The notes under the pieces are model-generated. The model searched no databases. It was not told the origin of the DNA and was given only the letters and a program-made list of their open reading frames with translations. A stretch of 64,000 bases of DNA. Origin: an uncultured virus (IMG/VR IMGVR_UViG_3300033148_006048) (taxonomy: Duplodnaviria; Heunggongvirae; Uroviricota; Caudoviricetes). How positions within the stretch are numbered: position 1 is the stretch's first letter; every line of letters begins with the position of its first letter. The position numbers and the translations under genes are program-made. The stretch lies in IMG/VR virus record IMGVR_UViG_3300033148_006048. The stretch is one strand, 5' to 3'. Below, one piece after another: positions 48,684-57,473 of this stretch.

Positions 48684-49172
48684 GTCTTTACTTAGTGAGG
48701 TCAAAGATTATTAATTAACCAATGTAGAATTCCTTCGTAGTGCCATTTGCACAAGTAACAATATAAGTACCTGCAGTGGCATCAGTAAAGAAATTCTCTT
48801 GTGAACTTGTTGTTCTCCTATCAACATACGCCCAAGTTACGCCAATACCATTTGAAAAAGTATTGCCTAACTGTTCATCACTTATTGGTGATATCTCTCG
48901 AACTTTTTGGGACTTTCCATGTCGCTCTCTAATCTTTTCGATTTTACCTTTACGCAAATCTTCCATATCTAATTTAAGTATGCGCATAGCTTCCTCGGCT
49001 GCTGATTTCTTTTCTTTTTCCTCTTGGATTTTTTGAAGAATTAACTTCATTAGGGTTTTAAGTTCTTGAATCTTTTCATTTTCAAGCTCTTCTTCAGCCT
49101 CCCTAAAGGCTTTCTCGTTTTTAGTCATAGTGTTAGTCTCCTATGGACAACTTGACCCCACTAAGTAAAGAC
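48684..49172. repeat. 21-bp inverted repeat with one mismatch (48684-48704 / 49152-49172) enclosing one gene
   Basis: GTCTTTACTTAGTG(A/G)GGTCAA. Confidence 0.85.
48715..49128 (-). CDS. Hypothetical coiled-coil protein inside an inverted-repeat cassette
   Basis: AGGAG SD, 137 aa. Confidence 0.7.
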   Translation of the reverse strand: MTKNEKAFREAEEELENEKIQELKTLMKLILQKIQEEKEKKSAAEEAMRILKLDMEDLRKGKIEKIRERHGKSQKVREISPISDEQLGNTFSNGIGVTWAYVDRRTTSSQENFFTDATAGTYIVTCANGTTKEFYIG

Positions 49173-49175
49173 CAA

Positions 49176-49415
49176 CTACTTTGTTCGTACTTTTCTTCGT
49201 TGGCGACGTAATTCACTTCTCGACATTGGTCTTGATGGTGGAGAATCAAATGCTTTAGTCGCCCCAAACTCAGGTCTAACAAGAGAGTCTGCGCTAGTAG
49301 CAAATCTCCCTATGCCCCCTTCAACCAAACCATAAGCGACATTCTGACTAACACTAATAGTTTCACCAGCTTGATGCTCTTGATATGGTTCTAATAAAAA
49401 TACTTTTCTAGACAT
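49176..49415 (-). CDS. Small hypothetical protein downstream of the capsid gene
   Basis: 79-aa ORF, G..I.V...A..LV..G pattern. Confidence 0.65.
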   Translation of the reverse strand: MSRKVFLLEPYQEHQAGETISVSQNVAYGLVEGGIGRFATSADSLVRPEFGATKAFDSPPSRPMSRSELRRQRRKVRTK

Positions 49416-49480
49416 AATTATTTAGATTAAAGGCTGATAGGTGGTGAAAGGCTACCCACCCAACTGCCAAATTACTCAGA

Positions 49481-52400
49481 CTAAGGAATGCTGTTTAAGC
49501 ACTTCAAGGCTGTTGCTCTAACAACAGTACCACCGATTCTGTTTACAACTCTACAATTTTGTTATCACAATTTTTTTAATTATTGTTTCACTATATTACT
49601 ATAGTGTTCAGACTATATCATCCCCTGATAAGCAAAAAAGTAATAAACTTTATTGCTTATTACTTCATACATACTTTATTTATTTAATTGCGAATCTATT
49701 GCTTCATTTTCTGTTTAAAATGTTTCTCCCAATATTCTCTATTATGGTTAGCTTTAAGATTACAAGGATTACACAAAGTTAATAGGTTATCCCAATTACA
49801 ATTCTTCTTATCATAATCAATATGGTGGACTGTTAGATAATTTTTTCTTCTTCCTAATCTATCCTTACCTTCTAACTTTAAATCATCATCTGACTTCAAA
49901 CATTCCTGACAAGTATAGTTATCTCTCTCTCTAATCTTTCTTTTCAAACCATTGTTAAATTGAGGACTATAAGGCTCAAATGAACTGCCATTATTCCAAT
50001 ATAGTATGTATGAAGTTGTCAATGTTCAGGAGTGCGGCGCTCGTGGCTATATTATCGCCCCATAAGGACTTATAGCTAGTCGTTGCACCTTCCCAGAAAT
50101 TGCTCTCTGGGCTTGGCTCAGGATTGTCCTTTGCAGGAGTTTCCCTGAATTCACCGCATTTTTAACTATATGTCGCCATATAGTGCCACTAAAGTTAATG
50201 GCTGTCTGGTCTTGCTCGAAAGCTTTTGATTCGTCTTGACTAATCTTAACGGTCATTCGCTTTCGGTCACCAAGATAATAAGCTAGTTTCAAGCAACCAA
50301 AGTAAATCTCGGCTTCTGGTAAGTTATTGTCTTCAATAACTGGATTAGTTATATTATCGCAGAAGCATTTAACTTCTACATCTCATAGTTTCCTATGAGC
50401 TTGGACTATATCATATTGTTTTTTACAAATAAATAAAAGTAACTTTTATGTTACTTCACATATACTTAATTTAATTTATTTTACTAGAATCGCTTTGCTA
50501 TTTTTTTACATAAATCAATAAATTCGTCATGATTTAAAATCCACTTAACACGATTACATACTTCGCAACAAGGAACACAATTTTCTATTGAGTATCCTTT
50601 ACTTGAATCTTTTCTATCAATACCAGAAAATCCATATTTTCCCATTCTACCGCAATAATGACAAGGTTGCTTTGTAATTTCCTCAAATTCATCAATAGTT
50701 AAATTCCAACTGATATTTCTTCTTTTTCTTGTTGCGTCTGCCTTGTAAACAAAATATCTTCCCCTCACTGTCTTCATGTATTCTTTCCGCCATTCTTTAC
50801 ACCTAGCCTTATTTTTTCTGTAATATTCTCTAGTATACTCCTTTTCCTTTTCTCTATTTTTCTGATAATACTTTCTTTTTTCAATTCTACTGCACTCTTT
50901 ACAGTAATAACTAAATCCACTATTTCTTTTACCTTTGCTTCTATAAAAATTATCAGCATTAAGGTCTAATACTTTTTTACATCTTTGACATCTTCTCTTT
51001 CCTTGTTTGATTAGGTTTTCTTTTCTTTGTTTATTATCGTATGACATATAGTTATACACAATTATATCTTATAATATTATTGTATATAATACAACAAGAA
51101 ATGTCAAGTATATGTGTTTATTTGTAAAGAACAATGACGGCGCTCGTGGCTACATTACTGTCCACATAAGGACTCGGTAGCTAGTCTCTGAACCTTCCCA
51201 AAGATTGCTCTCTGGGCTTGGCTGCTGATTGCCCTCGCCTTAAACGTTAGGGTTTTCCAGCAATTCACCGTCTTTTCTATCAATCTCACGACTGATAGGG
51301 GCATCCAGTTTAAATACCCATAAATGGTTGAAGGCTGACCGGGTGATGGACTATCCATCCAAATATATCTGTTATTGCTATCTTTAACTTTTCGAAGTTC
51401 TCTGATGTTATTCTTATGAACAAAGAAAGTACAATCAGGTCTATTTCTATACTTAGAAGGTAGCAAATAAATTAGGTCAATGATGTCATCAAAACCTAAA
51501 TTACCAGCAACAGCTTGACACTGAATACCAAGACCACCTGAAGCGTAACCAGTTGGCTGGCCTACACCAGTACCAACAGTAATTACTCTGTCTTCTTCTA
51601 AACCGATTTCCTCTGCGAATAAACCAATAATGTGCTGTACAATATCAACAGTATCGCAATCTTCAATTAGTTCATCCGTGGCATAAAGACAATTTTGTTA
51701 TCGTAGATTTTTAATTTCTACTTCTCTGCGTTACCGCAGAGTTCAGACTATATCATCCCCTTTTAAAACTCACTTATTTACGCCGATAGCGATATTTTGT
51801 ATAATATAGAAAATATGCTATAATGACTATATAATTATTAACAGTAAAATTATGAACAAAAACAGTCTGAAGAATCTAACTCATCGATTTCAGAAAGGAC
51901 ATAAAACTTGGAATAAAGGTTTAACTAAGGAAACCGATAAACGAATCAAGAAATATGCTGAAGCTAAAATGGGAGAAAATCATCCTTTATGGAAAGGCGG
52001 TAGAGCTAAAGTTACTGGAGGTTACATAAAAATTAAAATGCGAAACCATCCTGATGTTACTAGTGAAGGTTATGTCTTAGAACATCGTCTTGTAATGGAG
52101 AAAAAATTGGGACGGCGATTAAAGCCATTCGAAGAAGTCCATCATAAAAACGGTATAAAAGATGATAACCGACCATCTAATCTAGAACTTGTCATTAAAA
52201 CTAAACATTGCGGTGAAATTAAGTGTCCTTACTGTCAAAAATTATTTAAGATTAAGTGAGTTGTAATGTACGGGGAACGGCGCTCGTGGGTCTATTATAT
52301 TCTCCTGTGCGGAGTTTCAAGACCTAGTCGTTGAACCTTCATCTGCCATTTAGACAGAAGCTTGGCTGCTGATTGTCCTACTCTGTAGGAGTTCCCAGCA

Positions 52401-54837
52401 ATTCACCGTTTTTTTAATTGCATTTTTCAATACAATGCGACTCTTTTTAAGTGCGTTAATCGCGGCACATTTATAGGCAGTTAGAGTATGTTCAGTATAG
52501 GTAGCAGTAGTACAATTTTGTTATCGCAAGGGCTCTTTATCCCTTGCTTCACCAGTTTTATTTATAGCTGGTGTTCAGACTATATCATCCCCAGTAAGCA
52601 AAAAAAGTAGTTTTGCTTACTACTTCATATATACTATATTTTTAGTTGTCTATTCTATTTCAACTTTTTTTCCAATTCCCTAATTCTCTCTTGTAATTTT
52701 ATTTCAAAAGTATGATTCTCGTGATTATGAACATTGAATTCTGAACTCCACCTTTCCATCTACCATTATATTTACCATTCTTTCTTTTACTATTACACTT
52801 ATCATTACAGTAGATTCCTCTACCTCTATTATAATCTCTTGGCAAAATCTCAAAATTTTTACCACAATATAAACATTTCATCACATATCTGAATACCCTC
52901 TTTCCTTTAGGTTTATACCTTTTAACAATTATTCTTTTGTTTATTGAATTACCCATAATTATAAAGTAAATGGACAGATAAATCAAATGAGTTATCCACA
53001 ACAGTCCATCAAGTAGTATATATGAAGTTGTCAATGTTCAGGGGGACGGCGCTCGTGGAGCCATTACTGTCCCATAGGGACTCGGGCTCTAGTCGTTGAA
53101 CCTTCTATCCAGTTGCCTGAATAGCTTGGCTGCTGATTACCCTCGCAAGGGCTTCCCAGCAATTAACCGTCTTTTCTACAAGACTTGAACAAATCTTGTA
53201 GCCATTATTACTAGTGGATTTCGCGGCTCTCTCATCTGTCCAGTACACTCGTGGACCGTCAACTAATCCCGGAATCTTCATCACATCCCGTTTCATAGGG
53301 ATTACGGTAACTCGAGAACGCATGTGTGGCATTTCTTCTAAATCCCGAATAATTTCTGCTCGGAATTCCAATTATGTTATCGTGGTTTTTTTAATTACCA
53401 CTTCTATATGTCTCCATATAGTTCAGACTATATCATCCCCTTACAAGCAAAAAAGTAGCTTTTGCTTGAGCTACTTCATACACGTTAACTAATTTTTTAT
53501 TTTATTTACTCTCTAGTGTTATATTTTTTATGGCACGGAATATCACATAATGTTTTACCATTATCAATATCCCATAACTCTTTACAATTCAATGCTTGTT
53601 CAAAAGTTTCAATCTTGTTTTCAGTCCAGATTTTCGAGAAAGACTTCTTATGATGCGCTACTAATTTCTTTCCTCTGACTCCACAATCTTGACAAGTCCA
53701 ATTATCTCGCTTAAAAACTGCTTTTATCCAGTCACGATACTTCCAACAATGCCTGACCTTTTTAACAAGCGGGGTTCTCCCATCAACATAACTCGGATTT
53801 TTCTTACCTGTCATCTTGCCTCTATGAGCCTCACTCATATGTTCTCTGTATTTCGGCCTTTGCCAAAGCAGTTTAGTCTTGTTATTTTTTCGCTGTTTCT
53901 CTTTAGTCTCTTCTGTATGTTTTTTGCCAAGCATTCCGACTACACCTATTTTATTATACATTCTAGTCTTTTCAGCAGTTCTTTTAAGGCGGTCATCTGT
54001 CTCCTTAGTTAATCCTTTACTCCAAGGAATCTGACCTTTATGACCTAAACTCACTCTTTTTCTTTGTGTTAATGTCATTTTTGAACCTTTTCTCATATAC
54101 CTTAATTATATAGTATACTCAGCAAAAAATCAAGCAATTATTCACACTAGAGCTAACGTGTATGAAGTTGTAATGAACGGGGGTCGGCGCTCTTGGAGAT
54201 ATTATTGTTGGGACTCAATCTCTAGTCGTTGCACCTTCCTGCGAACCTATGCCCTCGCAGGCTTGGCTCAGGATTACCCTCGGCTTTACGTTAGGGCTTC
54301 CCCTGAATTCACCGACTTTTCTTACAATCATTATGACTGTAAGCGACTAATTCCTTAATCGGGAAATAGATATCCACCTTCGGAAGCAGTACCTTCAGAT
54401 AAAGCTTTCAAAGCGGCATGGTCGGCTCGAACCATAGCTTGGAAAAATCCAACAATTTTTTCTTTGACAGTCATTTCTGAAACATCTTTTTTCATCAACT
54501 TTTCAAGGTCGATTAAACTAGTAACTTTCTTTTCTTTAGTCATTGTATCCTTTCTAAGGGATTTAAGGACTTTTTCCTTAATAACTTCTGGGTCTAGCTT
54601 GGCCATAATCTTCTCAGCAACTTCGTCAACTTTTTCGTCTAGTTTTTCTTCTTCCTCTTCCTTTCCTTCACCAGCTTCTTCTTTGCCGGCTTCTTCTTCA
54701 ACTTTTTCTTCCTCTTCTTTTTCCTCTTCTTCCTCAACAGCTTCTTCTTCGTTTTTTTCTTCCTCTTTGTCTACACCTTCTTCCTGTTCCTTTTTAGAGT
54801 AGTAAACTACTCCGTCAGGACCTGTAATTGGGCTCAT
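49481..54837 (-). CDS. HK97-fold major capsid protein, 427 aa, six exons: 54837-54358, 53368-53214, 52512-52459, 51689-51316, 50345-50198, 49553-49481
   Basis: Exons sum to 1284 nt and join in frame ([51 protein letters not shown]); follows the prohead protease. Confidence 0.93.
49554..50197 (-). mobile_element. Group I intron 5 (644 nt)
   Basis: P1 GCCAU/GUGGC, P10, AAUCCUGAGC, GACUA/UAGUC P7, ends AUAACAAAAUUG. Confidence 0.92.
49696..50022 (-). pseudogene. N-terminally truncated HNH endonuclease in intron 5
   Basis: [21 protein letters not shown]; no ATG or promoter, reading frame begins inside the stem arm. Confidence 0.7.
50484..51059 (-). CDS. HNH-type homing endonuclease in intron 4
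   Basis: CHYCG..GIDR.DS.KGY..ENCVPCC..CN..K. Confidence 0.88.
   Translation of the reverse strand: MYNYMSYDNKQRKENLIKQGKRRCQRCKKVLDLNADNFYRSKGKRNSGFSYYCKECSRIEKRKYYQKNREKEKEYTREYYRKNKARCKEWRKEYMKTVRGRYFVYKADATRKRRNISWNLTIDEFEEITKQPCHYCGRMGKYGFSGIDRKDSSKGYSIENCVPCCEVCNRVKWILNHDEFIDLCKKIAKRF
51079..51107 (-). promoter_or_regulatory. Intron-internal promoter for the intron 4 endonuclease
   Basis: TTGACA-17nt-TACAAT. Confidence 0.75.
51690..52458 (-). mobile_element. Group I intron 3 (769 nt)
   Basis: P1 GCGAU/GUCGC, P10 AAAGA/UCUUU, core motifs, ends AUAACAAAAUUG. Confidence 0.92.
51852..52259 (+). CDS. HNH endonuclease encoded antisense within intron 3
   Basis: [35 protein letters not shown] at 51816-51824. 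Confidence 0.9.
   Translation: MNKNSLKNLTHRFQKGHKTWNKGLTKETDKRIKKYAEAKMGENHPLWKGGRAKVTGGYIKIKMRNHPDVTSEGYVLEHRLVMEKKLGRRLKPFEEVHHKNGIKDDNRPSNLELVIKTKHCGEIKCPYCQKLFKIK
52699..52956 (-). pseudogene. C-terminally truncated homing endonuclease in intron 2
   Basis: CLYCG..YC..KC..WKGG, then no HNH core. Confidence 0.65.
52958..53000 (-). promoter_or_regulatory. Intron-internal promoter with an upstream DnaA box
   Basis: TGTGGATAA-5nt-TTGATT-17nt-TATAAT. Confidence 0.7.
53506..54096 (-). CDS. HNH endonuclease with NUMOD3 repeats in intron 1
   Basis: [18 protein letters not shown]; paralogue of 25730-26269. Confidence 0.9.
   Translation of the reverse strand: MRKGSKMTLTQRKRVSLGHKGQIPWSKGLTKETDDRLKRTAEKTRMYNKIGVVGMLGKKHTEETKEKQRKNNKTKLLWQRPKYREHMSEAHRGKMTGKKNPSYVDGRTPLVKKVRHCWKYRDWIKAVFKRDNWTCQDCGVRGKKLVAHHKKSFSKIWTENKIETFEQALNCKELWDIDNGKTLCDIPCHKKYNTRE
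54105..54133 (-). promoter_or_regulatory. Intron-internal promoter for the intron 1 endonuclease (near-leaderless)
   Basis: TTGATT-17nt-TATAAT-8nt-ATG. Confidence 0.7.
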
Positions 54838-54839
54838 GT

Positions 54840-57413
54840 TTATTTTTTCTTCCTGCTAACTTTATTTTTTCTTAGGGTGGCACTTGCATTAGCAACAAGT
54901 ACCTTCAAGACTCTCTGCGCGACCTTGTCAACAACGACATCGCTGGTAACAATTTTGCGGGTGCGTCTTGAGGTTCGACTTTTATCATCGTCACCGCCTT
55001 TCAACCTCTCTGGAGTTTGAACTTTTTTTGGCTCCTTATCTACGTCTGGTTTAGTAGACTCAGTAGCTTCCAAAAGCTTCTCCAGGGCAGTGACGGCTTC
55101 TTTTGACGCCATAACAGCGTCGGTAATTATTCTTTTATTTTTACCTGATATTACTCTGCCTTCTTTTTGGCTCGCATCTATTGCCTTTTCAATCATTCCT
55201 TTTATTGTTTTGGTTCTTTCCTTCTCTTTTTCAATTTCTCCAATTAACTCTCTCTGCTTCTGTAATTTCTTGAGGCTTACAGCCAGTGCCTTATCCATAC
55301 TAATTTCTTCGTTCTTGGCAATCATTACGGCGTAGTCTATGAGTTCCCTGATGTAAGCTCCTGAGAATCCTTTCGTCTTCTCCACGGTATCGTCTAATGT
55401 CTTAGTTTCAATCTTGTCTGTCCATTTTGTAATCATCTCCCTGCGGACACTGCTATTCGGTAGTTCGAAGTTAAGCACATCGTGGAATCTTCCAGGTCGG
55501 TCCAACAGGGCCTTGGGAAGATTCTCTGGAAAATTAGTCGTGAGAATCGTGACTATGCCCTTGTTTTCTCTAATCCCATCCATTTCAATCTTGAGCGTGT
55601 CAATCGCACTACCCCTAAGCCAACTATCGATATCCTCAATAAACAATACTGTCGGAGCTAAATCTCTTGCCAATTTGAACGAGAGCCCCAAGAGAGAACC
55701 GCTAGACATCCTCTCAAAGTCCTTAGAGCTAACCCAAATGAAAGTTGAATCAGCTTCTTTCATTATCACTTTCCCCGAATATGTTTTCCCTGTTCCGGGC
55801 TCACCCATAAACAATAAACCTCTACTTCTCAATTCATCTTTTTCTTTATTTAAGACTTTTATCGATTTCATTATCAATCCCTTAGTTTCTTTCTCAAGAA
55901 TCACATCATCCCAAGTCTTCTCTGACTTAGGCAAAAATTCACCACTAATCGCGAACTTCTCGCCTCTGAGGAAGTTATACTCCCTCACCCACTTATGAAT
56001 ATCTCCCAACAGACTCTTATTAACTTCTTTCTTAGCTGAATTATTGATTATCGTCACATCTAATCCTGACCAAGTGGGACTAAACTTTATGATTAAAGCA
56101 TTCTCACCATTACTCTTGTAGAAATTCATCCCGGCGATAAGGAAATCATCAGACTTCTCGGAGTTGAGTTTGATTACCTCGTACACTGGAGGCACTTCTC
56201 CACCGTCATCAGCAAAACTACGAGTATCAACTAATTCGAATCTATTCATCAACTCCTTAAACCCAGCGAGATAGGTTCCCAATAGTGGGCTAGGAATTAA
56301 GTAATTGTTAAGGAAAACATCCTTAATTTTACAATCAAGAAACTTAGTATAAATCTCATACTCAAAAGTAGCTGGTTTACTCTCAACTTTCTCAATGTCA
56401 AATACTTTAGACAAACTCGGATTCCATCTTTTAGTAACTTGTTCTCCCATTTCACGCCCCTGTCCTGGCCTCTCAACTCGTCTCATTTTACCTCCACACT
56501 TTGGACACTTGATATCTACGCAGTGCTTATCAGAAGTTACCTTATACCTACAATCAAGACATTCACAGCTATAAGTCTGTTTCTCCTCTTCTTTACCAGT
56601 CGCTGGCTCGAACTTTATACCTTTGTGCGCCTTACAATGACTCCTCGCCGAGGATTCAGTCCAGGTATCTTTCGAATAACGATAACCCTGTTCCTCCCAT
56701 TTTGAATGGTCATCTTTTCTGCGACAGGTGAGAATACTGTATTTTTTCCCATCACTTGTCCTACTCGTTCTGCGACAAGTATCATATTTGCCTGGGTCTT
56801 TTAACCTACAAGAATGCTCGTTGGGGTAAGGCTTTTCCACTATTTCTTCTTTTTCTGATGTTTTACATTCTTCCCCTTCACATTTTTTAGTCCAATCCTC
56901 AATATCCTTAATCGTCTTGTCTTCCAATTTGTCGGCCTTCTCAATCCCCTTCTCAACCGTAGTCAACGCCTCGGCATTGGCGGGAACGGCGACGGCTGAA
57001 ACCTCCAACAGCTCGTTAAAGGTCTTGACTTTCTTCTTGCCATCTTTCTCCTCCTCGTCCTCCTCATCTTCGGATTTCGGGATATAACCGACGCTCCACG
57101 CCTTAAGCACTCCTCCAAGATACATCTCCTTTAAGTCTCTCGCTAACTGCGTAAACGTATGGAAAACCGGCTCGAAAACAAGCCGCTTCTGTTTATCTAT
57201 GTGAATATCCTTCGCAACGCCAATAGTATACTGTGGCTTATAATCATGTCCCGCTTGTAGTACAGGATTCTTCTTGAAGTTTTTTAAGTTCCAATCTTCC
57301 GCCTTTAGTGAATCGCCAATTCTGTCTTCTGATTCAGTTGAAGCAATAGCAATCAGCTTTCCGCCTTTTTTTTCGGTATGCGCTTGTACGTGTTTAAGAT
57401 TTTTCTTCGACAT
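54840..57413 (-). CDS. HK97-type prohead protease with inserted domains including an AAA+ ATPase
   Basis: N-terminal NPV...H, WSVGY, LLEVSAV.VPAN; GEPGTGKT, FIEDID, RPGRF; KEGRVIS tail. Confidence 0.88.
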   Translation of the reverse strand: MSKKNLKHVQAHTEKKGGKLIAIASTESEDRIGDSLKAEDWNLKNFKKNPVLQAGHDYKPQYTIGVAKDIHIDKQKRLVFEPVFHTFTQLARDLKEMYLGGVLKAWSVGYIPKSEDEEDEEEKDGKKKVKTFNELLEVSAVAVPANAEALTTVEKGIEKADKLEDKTIKDIEDWTKKCEGEECKTSEKEEIVEKPYPNEHSCRLKDPGKYDTCRRTSRTSDGKKYSILTCRRKDDHSKWEEQGYRYSKDTWTESSARSHCKAHKGIKFEPATGKEEEKQTYSCECLDCRYKVTSDKHCVDIKCPKCGGKMRRVERPGQGREMGEQVTKRWNPSLSKVFDIEKVESKPATFEYEIYTKFLDCKIKDVFLNNYLIPSPLLGTYLAGFKELMNRFELVDTRSFADDGGEVPPVYEVIKLNSEKSDDFLIAGMNFYKSNGENALIIKFSPTWSGLDVTIINNSAKKEVNKSLLGDIHKWVREYNFLRGEKFAISGEFLPKSEKTWDDVILEKETKGLIMKSIKVLNKEKDELRSRGLLFMGEPGTGKTYSGKVIMKEADSTFIWVSSKDFERMSSGSLLGLSFKLARDLAPTVLFIEDIDSWLRGSAIDTLKIEMDGIRENKGIVTILTTNFPENLPKALLDRPGRFHDVLNFELPNSSVRREMITKWTDKIETKTLDDTVEKTKGFSGAYIRELIDYAVMIAKNEEISMDKALAVSLKKLQKQRELIGEIEKEKERTKTIKGMIEKAIDASQKEGRVISGKNKRIITDAVMASKEAVTALEKLLEATESTKPDVDKEPKKVQTPERLKGGDDDKSRTSRRTRKIVTSDVVVDKVAQRVLKVLVANASATLRKNKVSRKKK

Positions 57414-57473
57414 AAATTTTTTATTATTCCTTTCAAGGAGTCGCCTCTGACCCTTGATTAATTTATTTTTTTA

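Larger units (their letters stand above)
50346..51315 (-). mobile_element. Group I intron 4 (970 nt), terminal nucleotide A
   Basis: P1 GGGU/GCCC, perfect 8-bp P10 AACUGGAU/AUCCAGUU, P7 GACUA/UAGUC. Confidence 0.9.
52513..53213 (-). mobile_element. Group I intron 2 (701 nt), C.A pair at the 5' splice site
   Basis: P1 CCAC|UA-GUAA-UAAUGG, core motifs, ends AUAACAAAAUUG. Confidence 0.9.
53369..54357 (-). mobile_element. Group I intron 1 (989 nt)
   Basis: P1 CGAU/GUCG, P10 GGAAUU/AAUUCC, AAUUCAGGGAA, AAUCCUGAGC, GACUA/UAGUC, terminal G. Confidence 0.92.

Noticed and set aside
50047..53371. ORFs 50047-50292, 51155-51466 and 53105-53371 as independent genes
   Set aside because: They are capsid exons reading into intron cores; their similar C-termini are translated ribozyme sequence
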